DNA from: a virus
Taxonomy: Duplodnaviria > Caudoviricetes
Length of the DNA stretch: 28,470 nucleotides
Strand: one strand, 5' to 3'
Virus record (IMG/VR): IMGVR_UViG_3300017766_002511
Location: 1-28,470 of that record
How positions within the stretch are numbered: the stretch's first letter is position 1; every line of letters starts with the position of its first letter. The notes beneath the pieces are model-generated. The model made no database searches and was not told the origin of the DNA. It saw nothing but the letters and a program-made list of their open reading frames with translations. This document shows positions 7,156 through 16,364 of this stretch, one piece after another. The position numbers were made by a program, and so were the translations under genes.

Positions 7156-7397
7156 CATACAAACTTGACGGCCTCGATGATGCACTGCTCGGGTTCTCAT
7201 GGGTTGGCCCCGAAGAACTTGTTGCTGTGTACAGCTACGAGAAGTGCATCGAAATCTTCATGACTCGAGATGGCATGACGTATGGAGATGCGATTGAATA
7301 CATGGACTTCAACGTTGTGACGAACCGAGATCGCAAGTCAATGCCGCTCATGGTTCACACATCGCGCTATGTGTTTGGTGACGAAGACGCCGAATGA
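7152..7397 (+). CDS. Small acidic conserved phage hypothetical protein inserted between the terminase halves
   Basis: ATGA overlaps at both ends; LDGLDDALLG...AVYSYEKCIEIFMTRDGMTYGDAIEYMDFNV resembles a widespread standalone small phage family. Confidence 0.85.
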   Translation: MTYKLDGLDDALLGFSWVGPEELVAVYSYEKCIEIFMTRDGMTYGDAIEYMDFNVVTNRDRKSMPLMVHTSRYVFGDEDAE

Positions 7398-8095
7398 ACT
7401 TCAAGTTCGAGCCTTACGCACGCGGAGGACTTCAGATCTGGAAAGATCCTGAAGAGGGCCGCAAGTATGTGTGCGCGTCCGACACCGCCGGCGGACTTGC
7501 TCGAGGTGACTTCGCTGTTGCAGTCGTGATCGAAGGCGAAACCTGCGAGATGGTCGCACGCTGGAAAGAGCGCGATGACCCGCACGTGTGGGGGCCGAAG
7601 TGCGCCTGGCTGTCGTGGTACTACAACGAAGCGCTGCTCGCGTTCGAGACCTATCCTTCAGCCCACGGCTACACCGCTTGCATGGAAGCCATCAACAGGG
7701 GCTACAAGAAGATCTACAAGCGCCAGCGCCAAGACACGATTTCCAAACAAGTTTCCGAGGTGCTTGGCTGGCACACAAACAGCACAACCAAGCCTCTCCT
7801 GATCGACCGCATCAAGCGTGCGTTCGATGACAACTGTGTCATCTATGACGAGGAATTGCTGTACGAATTGCGCGATCAGCGCTGGAACGGCAAGGGCGAG
7901 ATGGAGTCTCGCGGTCACGATGACATGGTAATTGCATATGGCATTGCACTCGCTGTCCGTGATCAGTCATGGACACGTGGCCTATTGCGTCCTGAGCCAG
8001 CAATGCCTAAGACGGAATCAGAACGCTACTGGGCGCGGTACGACCAACGTCAATCTGCGCCACGACCCAAGAGGCGTCTCTTCAATGGCAACTGA
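7394..8095 (+). CDS. terL: Terminase large subunit, RNase H-like nuclease domain as a separate gene
   Basis: LQIWKDPEEGRKYVCASDTAGG..GDFAVAVV (first catalytic Asp), YNEALLAFE, GWHTNSTTKPLLI, HDDMVIAYGIA (terminal Asp pair). Confidence 0.92.
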   Translation: MNFKFEPYARGGLQIWKDPEEGRKYVCASDTAGGLARGDFAVAVVIEGETCEMVARWKERDDPHVWGPKCAWLSWYYNEALLAFETYPSAHGYTACMEAINRGYKKIYKRQRQDTISKQVSEVLGWHTNSTTKPLLIDRIKRAFDDNCVIYDEELLYELRDQRWNGKGEMESRGHDDMVIAYGIALAVRDQSWTRGLLRPEPAMPKTESERYWARYDQRQSAPRPKRRLFNGN

Positions 8096-8363
8096 CATGT
8101 TGAATGGCTGGGAGTTCGGAGTGTTGGTGATGACCGCGCTGATGTGCGCATTGCCTATTGTGGCAGTGTGCTGGTCACTTGTGCGCGTAAACCTACGCTT
8201 GGCAGAGCAGAATCGCGACCTCATGAAAGCGATGCTCGCGCTCTCAGAGAAGCCACAAGCCGCTTCAGTTGCTGGAGCTATGGAGATCACAGATCGAGAG
8301 AAGGTCTCGACTGAGCCGATTGCGCGAGCATACATGGCACGTCGCCCAGCAGGAGCGGGATGA
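8085..8363 (+). CDS. Single-pass membrane protein with coiled coil
   Basis: ATG 8085 after GAGG; hydrophobic FGVLVMTALMCALPIVAVCWSLV followed by RLAEQNRDLMKAML. Confidence 0.65.
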   Translation: MATDMLNGWEFGVLVMTALMCALPIVAVCWSLVRVNLRLAEQNRDLMKAMLALSEKPQAASVAGAMEITDREKVSTEPIARAYMARRPAGAG

Positions 8364-10405
8364 TCAATACCAACGAAGGTGACTTGATTCAGATGATCGA
8401 CAAGCGTGTCGGTCTGCATGAATCACGTCTTGAAAGACTCGCACTCGAAGAGTCGTGGATCTCCAACGTCGCCTTCTGGTCAGGAAAGCAACGCTTCTTC
8501 TTCGAGCAGGGCAAGCTCTACGACGCTGCGCTCGATAACCCCGACGAAGCGATCCAGTACAAGATCAACCTCATTCGCTCACGCACTCTCGCTGCGTGTG
8601 CGAAAGTGCTCGCGGTCAATGCGAAGTTCCGCGTTCGTCCGCCCACCGGCACTAGCCGCGACCGCGAACTAGCACAGCTATCGGAGAAGGTCTTTGACCA
8701 CATCCGCGAAGTGACTGACTTCGAGTGGCATCTCATGATGTCCACGATGTGGAAGGCCGTATGTGGCTCTTCGTTCCTCAAGATCCAATGGGATCCCTTC
8801 AAGGGCGAGCCGGATCGTTTCTATCTCAGCGATGCTCAAACCAAGCGCGTAATCCCTGAGCAGATGCTCACGCAGTCTATGCGCGTAGAGAAAGACCAGT
8901 CAGGTCTATTCGAGGACTATGCACCAGGCGATATTAGCATTAGCGTCCTGTCGCCGTTTGCCGCGTTCCAGGATAGCAGCAGCCGCGACTCGCAGATGAT
9001 GGGATGTCAGTGGTTCGCAGAGAAGCACTACGTCGACATCGACCGCATCGCGGAGAAGTTCGATATCGACCCCAAAGACATCCAGCCGATGGAAGCAGAC
9101 GCTGGTCTGCGCAACTACGAAGAAGCCATCGCGTTCATGTCGAACGGGTCTGGTTTGTCGCTCGTTGACTGGGCACAGCCGGAAGACAAGCGCGGCAAGC
9201 GCACGCAGTACGTTGAGCTTTGGCAGCGCCCCAGCAAGCAATACCCCAAGGGTATGCGCGTTGTGTACGCCGGTGGCCGCATCCTCAACTTGAATCGCGC
9301 CGGTGGTCTCGACAACCCCTACGCTGCTGACCGCACAGGCTGGGCGCACATCCCCTACGTCAAGGACGACTGGTGCCCTCACATGGGCCGGTTCTGGGGC
9401 GCGTCGCTCGTCGAAGACTTGATTGGACCGCAGTACTACTTGAACGCATCGCGCACGGTGATGATGCAGTTCATGGAGACGTTCGGTCTGCCCAACACCT
9501 ACGTTGGCGATCAGTCCGGCATCGACACGAACAACATGCCTGTTGGCGGTGGCCGCATCTACCAAGTCAACGAGGTGTCCTCGTTCAAGGTGCAGCATGG
9601 TCCGCCGCCGCAGATCCCGCCGGATGTTGCGCGGTTCATGGACACATGCGAAGCCGACCTCAACAAGGCCGCTGCGCAATCCGAGATCAACGCCGAAGGA
9701 CTGCCTGGCCAGCTCCGTTCCGGCAGTGCAGTGCGTGCCATCAACGAAGAGCGCTTCATCACGCTAACCGTTCCAGGCAAGTCCACGCTGCGTACCGTTC
9801 GCGACGCCGGCAAGATCTCGCTTGCGCTCGGCAAGCTGTACTACGGCGAGAAGCGTTTGATGCGCTACCTCGGCGAAGACAACGAGTGGGTTGTGCAGGA
9901 GTTCAGCGGTGCTGATCTGCTCAACGACTTCGTTATCGTTGGCAATCCGTCGGTTGCAGACACCGTGGCTTCTGGCCGCGAAGAGATGCTCGACGCCTTG
10001 CAGGCTGGTGCGTTCAACCCGCAGTTCGACGATCAAACACGAGCGTTGATTTTGAAGGGCTTGCACTACAACACGAGCGACGAGTTCATCAAGCGCACAC
10101 TACAAGCCGAGCGTAACCAAGAGCGCGAGATCCAAGAGATGATCAAGGATCCGCTGAAGTACGGCGACGAAGGCTATCCCGTCATGGAATGGGAAGACCA
10201 CGTCAAGGAATCCGCCGTGCTCATCGCCTACATGTACACGCCAGAGTTCAAGCGACTCTCTGTACAAACGCAGGCGCTCATCACCGACCACTGGAAGAAG
10301 CATCAAATGTTCATCCAGCAAGCCCAGATGCAAGCCATGCAAATGGCTGAAGCAGTCAAAGGCACCCCAGGCCAAAAAGGCCAAGCGTCCCAACCTACTT
10401 TCTAA
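8360..10405 (+). CDS. Portal protein (P22-like head-tail connector)
   Basis: 681 aa directly after the terminase; AFWSGKQ, INLIRS, VCGSSFLKIQWDP, ISVLSPF, FWGASLVEDLIGPQ..LN, SGSAV, Gln-rich tail. Confidence 0.9.
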   Translation: MINTNEGDLIQMIDKRVGLHESRLERLALEESWISNVAFWSGKQRFFFEQGKLYDAALDNPDEAIQYKINLIRSRTLAACAKVLAVNAKFRVRPPTGTSRDRELAQLSEKVFDHIREVTDFEWHLMMSTMWKAVCGSSFLKIQWDPFKGEPDRFYLSDAQTKRVIPEQMLTQSMRVEKDQSGLFEDYAPGDISISVLSPFAAFQDSSSRDSQMMGCQWFAEKHYVDIDRIAEKFDIDPKDIQPMEADAGLRNYEEAIAFMSNGSGLSLVDWAQPEDKRGKRTQYVELWQRPSKQYPKGMRVVYAGGRILNLNRAGGLDNPYAADRTGWAHIPYVKDDWCPHMGRFWGASLVEDLIGPQYYLNASRTVMMQFMETFGLPNTYVGDQSGIDTNNMPVGGGRIYQVNEVSSFKVQHGPPPQIPPDVARFMDTCEADLNKAAAQSEINAEGLPGQLRSGSAVRAINEERFITLTVPGKSTLRTVRDAGKISLALGKLYYGEKRLMRYLGEDNEWVVQEFSGADLLNDFVIVGNPSVADTVASGREEMLDALQAGAFNPQFDDQTRALILKGLHYNTSDEFIKRTLQAERNQEREIQEMIKDPLKYGDEGYPVMEWEDHVKESAVLIAYMYTPEFKRLSVQTQALITDHWKKHQMFIQQAQMQAMQMAEAVKGTPGQKGQASQPTF

Positions 10406-10408
10406 GTT

Positions 10409-11065
10409 ATGACCGAAACAAACCCCATCAAACCCCGCAGCATGAAGCGTGAAGAACACGCTGACGCTGCATCCATTGGCGCACAGCTCAAGGAGCTGTC
10501 GTCATCCCGCGCTGCTGTCGCTGAAAGCACGGCACGCCTAACGCCTCTGTTCCCCATCGAGGGTGAGAACGAGATCGAGGCGTACAACGTCGAGTCCTTG
10601 CTTGAGAAGACGACCAAGGAGATCAAGGAGCGCACTGAAGCAGAGAAGGCCAAGGAGAACGAGATCTACACGTTCTTCGTCAAGTGCCGCGTTCCGCACC
10701 CTGAAGGCCAACCGTCGCATGGTGTGTACCTGAAGAGCAACCCCAATCGTGGCGTGGTTGGGCCTAATGAGTGGAACTCGGCTTACAAGCCGAAGCACGA
10801 AGCTCCGTGGTACGAAGACGTCGTGTGCCAAGTCTGCTTGCGCTACTACGGTCAGCGCACGACCCTGCCGGTATCTATGGTCGCCGGCAAGCCTGGTTCG
10901 TTCACGGTTGAGCCTCGTTGGCTGTGGCGTCGCCCTCGCGACACCAAGCGTGCCCAGATCGAAGGCGAGACACGTGCCAATGAACTTGCATCCCCCGTTC
11001 AGAACCAAGGCCGTAGCGAAGCCAACGCTCGTGCAGCCGCAGCCGGATATGAGGTGATCCCGTGA
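10409..11065 (+). CDS. Hypothetical protein (CxxC, possible metal binding)
   Basis: 218-aa ORF filling the gap between portal and scaffold; C-x3-H and CQVC motifs. Confidence 0.7.
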   Translation: MTETNPIKPRSMKREEHADAASIGAQLKELSSSRAAVAESTARLTPLFPIEGENEIEAYNVESLLEKTTKEIKERTEAEKAKENEIYTFFVKCRVPHPEGQPSHGVYLKSNPNRGVVGPNEWNSAYKPKHEAPWYEDVVCQVCLRYYGQRTTLPVSMVAGKPGSFTVEPRWLWRRPRDTKRAQIEGETRANELASPVQNQGRSEANARAAAAGYEVIP

Positions 11066-11856
11066 GCGAACAACCGCAACAACCCGCAGCTCCGATCAAC
11101 TACGCACAAGACAATGCAGTCGTCCGCTTGAAGGTGGATGGCCGCGAAATGGACACGACAGTTGCCGACTTGCGCCGTAGCGCACAGATGGCCTCTGCCG
11201 CAGAGAAACGTTTGCAGGAAGCGAACTCGCTGAAGCAGCAGCATGCCGGCGCTATCGAGTTCGCCCAGCAGATGGAGACTCTGATGAGAACCAACCCCGA
11301 AGCAGCTCTTGCAGAAGTACAGAGACGTGCGTCTCAACTGCACGGGCGCCCGATCGGGGCTGGACAAACCGATGCAAGTTTCGATGACTCCGATCTGGAT
11401 CCTGTCACCAAGCAGACCAGATCAGATCTCATGCGAATCCAGAGCCAGCTCGCGGATCTCACAAAGTTCCGCGACGAGTTGACCACCAAGTCGCACATGG
11501 ATCGCATCAAGTCCGTGGTTGGAGCAATGCCGCTATACCAAGGCAACGCGAAGGCACGGGAACAAGCGGAGGTTGTGGTCGCGGCTTACCAAATGGCTAA
11601 CCCCAATAAGCCGCTGGAGGAGGTTGCTGCCGAGCTGCACGCGATGCAAGCCGACATGCTTTCCGACTTCATGTCTTCGCAACGTGACCAACGGGCTGCA
11701 AACACATCCCAACTAGCTGGTATCCCGCCTACAGCCGGCACCCCTGGCCTCACTAGCAACGCTCCTCAGAAGCCTTCCGCCAAGGAGCTGCAGAGTGGAC
11801 AGTGGCGCTCAGGCTTTAAGAACTTCGTGAGCCAGCTAAAGAACGGTGTGCAGTAG
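11062..11856 (+). CDS. Capsid scaffolding protein
   Basis: LKVDGREMDTTVADLRRSAQ...KRLQEA scaffold motif; coiled-coil; immediately before the capsid gene; GAGGTG SD. Confidence 0.82.
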   Translation: MSEQPQQPAAPINYAQDNAVVRLKVDGREMDTTVADLRRSAQMASAAEKRLQEANSLKQQHAGAIEFAQQMETLMRTNPEAALAEVQRRASQLHGRPIGAGQTDASFDDSDLDPVTKQTRSDLMRIQSQLADLTKFRDELTTKSHMDRIKSVVGAMPLYQGNAKAREQAEVVVAAYQMANPNKPLEEVAAELHAMQADMLSDFMSSQRDQRAANTSQLAGIPPTAGTPGLTSNAPQKPSAKELQSGQWRSGFKNFVSQLKNGVQ

Positions 11857-11882
11857 CTCACAACCAAACTAAGGACTGATCC

Positions 11883-13298
11883 ATGTCTGTGACAGCCGAC
11901 AACGGCGTAAAGTACGCACAAGGTAGTGCGTACTACGACCATCTCCTAACTAACTACTTCCTTCAACTCCTGCCGGACGCTCGCAACAACTCGAACGTGC
12001 TCTTGAGCATGATCGACAAGCGTCCGACCCAAGCAGTCTCGGGTAAGTACATCGTGTTCCCCGTGCGGTTCGGTCGCTCGACCGGCCTTAACAACGTGGG
12101 CTACGGTGGCTTGATCCCTGACCCTGGTTCGCAGAATGCTGCTACCTACTCGACCATCACCCGTAAGGGTATGGCTCGTATCGCTTTGGACGGCGACACC
12201 ATCCGTCACGGTAAGACCAACGGTGGTGCCTATGCCGAAGCGATGCAGATCGAGATGGAAGGCATCATCGACGACATCATGATCGACCGTGCTCGTCAGG
12301 TTCACAATGACGGCTCGGGTCGTATCGCTGAAGTCAAGACAACGGCGGGTGGTTCTGCCACGCTGACCCTCAAGGTGAACTCGTCGATTGAAGGCGCTGC
12401 GACCACTCGCGGTGCCGGCACGCTCGATAAGTACATTGAGAGCGGCATGCGCTTGGCTAAGTTCGACAACGCTGGCGTTGCCTCCGCTTGGGATGCCGCT
12501 GGCAACTTTGTGATCATTGTTGACCAAGTGGCTGTTAGCGGAGCGGATGTAACCATCACCGCTAACAACACGGCTGGTTCGGCAGCGATCTCGTTTAGTG
12601 CTGCTTCCGCTGCTGGCCACTGGATCGTACGTGCTTCTTCGACCGCAACTCCGACCGTTGCTCAACCCATCCGCGACACGGCTTACCGCCGTGAGATGAT
12701 GGGCATTGGCGGCGTGTTCTCGGACACGGGTACGTTGAACGGCATGGAGAACAGTGGTTTGCAGCAGACGGCCTCGGAAAGCGATACGGTTAACACGACC
12801 GTGTACTTCCAAGGCATTACCTCTGCTCGAGACTTCAACAAGGCAATCGTGCTCGACAACGGTGGCGCGGGTAACCGTCCGCTGACTGAAGAGCTGATGC
12901 AGCAGGCCATCTCGGACGCCGAGGAAATCAACAACGCCAATGTGGAGTTGCTGCTCTCGTCGTTCCCGACCTATAACTCGTACGTCAAGTTGCTGACGCC
13001 GGACAAGCGTTACAACAACACGCTTGAGTTGACCGGTGGCCACAAGACGCTGACCTTCAACGGCATTGGCTGGGTGAAGGATCGCTTCTGCTACCAGAAC
13101 CGCGTGTACTTCATGGCCTTGGACCAGTTCCACATCCTCGAGACTTCGCCGCTCCAGCCGTTGGTTGGCGGTGACGTCACGACGTGGGAGCGCCTCCAAG
13201 ACCTCGACAAGTACTGGCGTGGCTGGACGTGGGAAGACAACATGATCGTGGAAGTCCGCAACCGCACGGGTGCAGTTCTGACCGAACTGACATCCTGA
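11883..13298 (+). CDS. Major capsid protein (HK97 fold) with a central insertion domain
   Basis: GKYIVFPVRFGRS, ARQVHNDGSG, MMGIGGV, LTEELMQ, GGHKTLTFNGI..VKDRFC, NRTGAVL; AAGGA SD; strong codon bias. Confidence 0.9.
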   Translation: MSVTADNGVKYAQGSAYYDHLLTNYFLQLLPDARNNSNVLLSMIDKRPTQAVSGKYIVFPVRFGRSTGLNNVGYGGLIPDPGSQNAATYSTITRKGMARIALDGDTIRHGKTNGGAYAEAMQIEMEGIIDDIMIDRARQVHNDGSGRIAEVKTTAGGSATLTLKVNSSIEGAATTRGAGTLDKYIESGMRLAKFDNAGVASAWDAAGNFVIIVDQVAVSGADVTITANNTAGSAAISFSAASAAGHWIVRASSTATPTVAQPIRDTAYRREMMGIGGVFSDTGTLNGMENSGLQQTASESDTVNTTVYFQGITSARDFNKAIVLDNGGAGNRPLTEELMQQAISDAEEINNANVELLLSSFPTYNSYVKLLTPDKRYNNTLELTGGHKTLTFNGIGWVKDRFCYQNRVYFMALDQFHILETSPLQPLVGGDVTTWERLQDLDKYWRGWTWEDNMIVEVRNRTGAVLTELTS

Positions 13299-13311
13299 AA
13301 GGAGGACGTCC

Positions 13312-14424
13312 ATGACTTCAACCTTCAACCGAAATGCGATTGCAAAAGGCGGCTATCGAGGATCTCTGCGAGAGTCTTGCAGAATCACGATGCCGGCTCA
13401 TGCTCCGCAAGGACTTGTCAGGACGGCAACTTGGAACTCCCTGAAGTCTGTAGAGACAGCAGGGGTCGTTACTACGGCAGCGATTAACCAGCCCATTCTG
13501 TTGAACTTGTCATTGGTAGCGCAATCAATTGCGTCTCCTCTTGGCAAGCGCATCGGAACGACTGCTAACTCTACGTGGTACATGGCCGTCCCGTCGACTG
13601 TTGACTTCACCGTCAGCAACAACTTAGACACGTTTAGCTACACCATTGAAGGAACCGATGCTTTCGGTGATCCTTTAACGGAAAACGGCGCTAAAACCCT
13701 AACAACCTCTGCTGTCTGCCGTTCGGTGTTTGTGTTCTCCACGATCACTCGCATCACGGTTACTCCGACTGTTGCTACCGGCGGCACCTCGACGGCTACT
13801 TTGGCTGTTGGACGTGACATGCTTGCAGCTCCAGCAGGGCAGCGGTTCCACCTTCCGTTCAAATTGGACACTGCGAATTATGTCGTAGGACTCCAAATGA
13901 TGGAGGTGCCCGTTGGCTGGACTACAGATCTGTCAATGAGCCTGTCTCGTACCACCTCTACGGCTACCACAACCATCACTTCAACAACTGTTGTTGATGG
14001 CGGTGCAAACCCGTGGGGTGCCGGCATTACCTTAGACTCCAGCTTCGTCGGCCAATATCTTTGGACCGCATCCGCTTACGGCATCATCACAGCCGTAAAC
14101 GACGGAACAAAGACGATTACGGTCGGTGGTGGCTGGGTCTCTCGTGCTGACCCGAATACAACGGCTACGACTCCTTCCAACGGAACTACAGTGCAGGTGA
14201 CTTACACGTACCAGAAAGTGGTGCGTGGCATCCAAGGTGATGCAAGTCAACCGCAAAACGCTGACACAGCAATTCCAAACAACAACGTGTATGCCGTGAC
14301 ACCTAATATCCTAGCTGGTACTGGGGTAGGGGCGTTCATTTCATCTCAGTTGTTTACAACTGCTGGTGTCGGAAATCCTGAAGCTCGTTGGATTATCGTT
14401 CCAGGCGGGTTCTTGGATAGATGA
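13312..14424 (+). CDS. Thr-rich virion structural/decoration protein
   Basis: Strong SD AAAGGAGG; beta-rich, Thr/Gly/Val-rich; YTIEGTDAFGDPLTE...FSTITRIT motif; directly after the capsid gene. Confidence 0.65.
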   Translation: MTSTFNRNAIAKGGYRGSLRESCRITMPAHAPQGLVRTATWNSLKSVETAGVVTTAAINQPILLNLSLVAQSIASPLGKRIGTTANSTWYMAVPSTVDFTVSNNLDTFSYTIEGTDAFGDPLTENGAKTLTTSAVCRSVFVFSTITRITVTPTVATGGTSTATLAVGRDMLAAPAGQRFHLPFKLDTANYVVGLQMMEVPVGWTTDLSMSLSRTTSTATTTITSTTVVDGGANPWGAGITLDSSFVGQYLWTASAYGIITAVNDGTKTITVGGGWVSRADPNTTATTPSNGTTVQVTYTYQKVVRGIQGDASQPQNADTAIPNNNVYAVTPNILAGTGVGAFISSQLFTTAGVGNPEARWIIVPGGFLDR

Positions 14425-14918
14425 GAAAGCGCGTCGAACTACAGTCTGAAGTAGCTCGGCGCACCATTCGGTGGAGGCCGCAGGATCCCGTCTGGGCGCC
14501 TGTGGCCTCCCTCGAGCGTGCTCGCCGCGCACTCAGGGACTACGATCCTTGCCTGTCCATCTGGTGGTCGCCTGTGCGTAGGCACAACGACGAGCAGCCT
14601 GGGCGTTGGCGGGTCGTGCGATATTCATTCAACACCGGCGAATGGGATACGGTCTTCTATTGGGAGGGCGACAACGGGGAGTTCCTCGGCTCGTTCCACA
14701 AAGAGACCCTCCTTGCGCGGGTGCAAGCGTGTGACCTGACGAAGCAGGGCAAGAACCTGCAACAGGTCTCAGATGAGGTGGACCACCACAACGACCGCAT
14801 CAAAGCCAAGCAGAAGTCTGAGGCTGCGGAGCGTGCGTGGCGTGTGGCCCACGAGAAGGCAGAGCATGCAACCGGATTGAAGCGCACATACGCAACAAGC
14901 AAGGTTGACGCGCAGTAG
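14421..14918 (+). CDS. Hypothetical protein (head completion region)
   Basis: ATGA overlap; 165 aa; Trp-rich N-terminal half and coiled-coil C-terminal half. Confidence 0.7.
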   Translation: MRKRVELQSEVARRTIRWRPQDPVWAPVASLERARRALRDYDPCLSIWWSPVRRHNDEQPGRWRVVRYSFNTGEWDTVFYWEGDNGEFLGSFHKETLLARVQACDLTKQGKNLQQVSDEVDHHNDRIKAKQKSEAAERAWRVAHEKAEHATGLKRTYATSKVDAQ

Positions 14919-14948
14919 CCTTTCTCGCTACAACACTAAGGGGGTACT

Positions 14949-15935
14949 GTGAACGTCAGCCAATTCATCGCCGAGGTTCAGGATGTGCTTGATGATTCGA
15001 GCGCAGCAAAGTACCCCATTGCCTCCATCGTGCGACACGGTGACCGCCAACTGCGTGGCCTGTATCGCACGATGCTGGATGCGAACAAAGAGTACTCCAA
15101 CTTCACCATGTGTGTAGATGGTGCATCAGCAATCCAGCTAATGAGCAATGTGTGGGAGTACCGCCTGCCGACTTGGGTCATGGCGTGTTGCCGCGTGTAT
15201 CGCCGCGATTCGGATCCGGCATCGACGCCGACCTTCAGCCCGTACAAGTGGTCGCCGCTGGGTAGTGTGCGCCAGGGGATGGAGATCCCGAAGTGGGTGG
15301 CCAACGACCGTCTATTGCACTGGTCGTGGGAGGGCAACAACACCCTTCGGGTGTGGAACCAGAGCACCGCTCAGGACTTGATCCTGCGTGTCGCTGTTCG
15401 TCCAGCAAAGATGTTTAAAGGGCGCATTGCTTCGCCAGCCGCAGCCTTTGAAACGAACATCATCAATCTGCCAAGTCCAATCTACGGAGAAACAGAGCTT
15501 GAGGAGGGCGCATACATCAACAGCGATTGGCAAGTAAGCGCTACAGGTCAGGATATTGGGCTGCACTTGGGAGAGATTCGTCGCTGCATTTACAGCGATG
15601 CATCGGTTGTTTACGGGCCGACTAGGATTACTCAAATTACGGTGGATTCTGGATTTAGCACATGGCTTCAAACTTACGATACAGTCGAGACTCTGGTCAT
15701 GTTGCCTGATGAGCATTGCCGCTATTTGGTGCTTCGGGCAGCGCAGGCGTGCTTTCAGAAGAAGAACAACATCCCTGGCATGAGGGCTATCCAGCCTGAG
15801 CTTGCCGAGGAAGGATCCAAGTTCATGACGTACGCTGGTGGGCCACGAGATGCGCGTGGGCCGTCGGTGTATAAGCGAACCTTGCACAATCGCGGACCTT
15901 TCGACCCTGATCGCATCAACTACTGGTGGTACTGA
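14949..15935 (+). CDS. Head-tail adaptor / tail tubular protein A-like, with inserted beta module
   Basis: MNVSQFIAEVQDVLDD N-terminal helix, EYRLPT, LPDEHCRYLVLRAA C-terminal motif typical of podoviral adaptors; AAGGGGG SD. Confidence 0.7.
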   Translation: MNVSQFIAEVQDVLDDSSAAKYPIASIVRHGDRQLRGLYRTMLDANKEYSNFTMCVDGASAIQLMSNVWEYRLPTWVMACCRVYRRDSDPASTPTFSPYKWSPLGSVRQGMEIPKWVANDRLLHWSWEGNNTLRVWNQSTAQDLILRVAVRPAKMFKGRIASPAAAFETNIINLPSPIYGETELEEGAYINSDWQVSATGQDIGLHLGEIRRCIYSDASVVYGPTRITQITVDSGFSTWLQTYDTVETLVMLPDEHCRYLVLRAAQACFQKKNNIPGMRAIQPELAEEGSKFMTYAGGPRDARGPSVYKRTLHNRGPFDPDRINYWWY

Positions 15936-16363
15936 TGACTAGCTTCCGTGACAGCGCAGCAACGCGAGTGATGTATGTAGTTGCATCTAATGCGAACCCG
16001 TTTTGGCCTACAGGAGCAGCGCTCGGCGACGTAAAAAATGCATCACCGCTTGGGCGGTTTGATGCCGACGATACGAGCACAGCGGCATCGTCAACTGTTC
16101 CGGCTGGATCCGTGTTTCAGCTTGGTAGCAATCGCAAGGCGGTCATTCACCGTATTTTCGTAGCTAGCGGAACCGCGACGTCAACCATTCAGCTCGTGTC
16201 TGCTCAAGACACAGCCGAAGTGTTGACTCCCGCCTACTCAGCGGCAACCACTGGAACTGTGTACGACTTCTCGCCTGGTTTCATTGTGCAAGGCGGCTTT
16301 GCCGTCATCATGGGGACAGCGAATTCTACTGTTCACATCGTCTACAGCATCCTAGAGAACTGA
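15935..16363 (+). CDS. Small beta-rich virion protein
   Basis: TGATG overlap with the adaptor gene; Ala/Thr/Val-rich jelly-roll-like sequence. Confidence 0.6.
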   Translation: MTSFRDSAATRVMYVVASNANPFWPTGAALGDVKNASPLGRFDADDTSTAASSTVPAGSVFQLGSNRKAVIHRIFVASGTATSTIQLVSAQDTAEVLTPAYSAATTGTVYDFSPGFIVQGGFAVIMGTANSTVHIVYSILEN

Positions 16364-16364
16364 T

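Noticed and set aside
7152-7397. Intron, intein or homing endonuclease explanation for the terL interruption
   Set aside because: No LAGLIDADG/HNH/GIY-YIG or intein terminal motifs, the insert is entirely coding with ATGA coupling, and there is no room for a ribozyme core. No slippery heptamer at either junction.
7120-7410. CAAGTTCG repeated near both terL junctions as take-off/landing sites for ribosomal bypass
   Set aside because: Only 8 bp, the first copy lies several codons before the stop, and the residues after it look like normal linker. Probably chance.
8906-9679. 257-aa antisense ORF in the portal gene (and similar ones at 6129-6770, 23433-24080, 24821-25600)
   Set aside because: Fully nested opposite well-supported genes; expected in GC-rich coding DNA.
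11946-13328. 460-aa antisense ORF opposite the capsid gene
   Set aside because: Shadow ORF produced by the strong codon bias of the capsid gene; no protein-like motifs.
14905-14934. Internal promoter TTGACG-18-TACAAC before the adaptor gene
   Set aside because: The -10 lacks the conserved final T and the spacer is suboptimal; not enough support.
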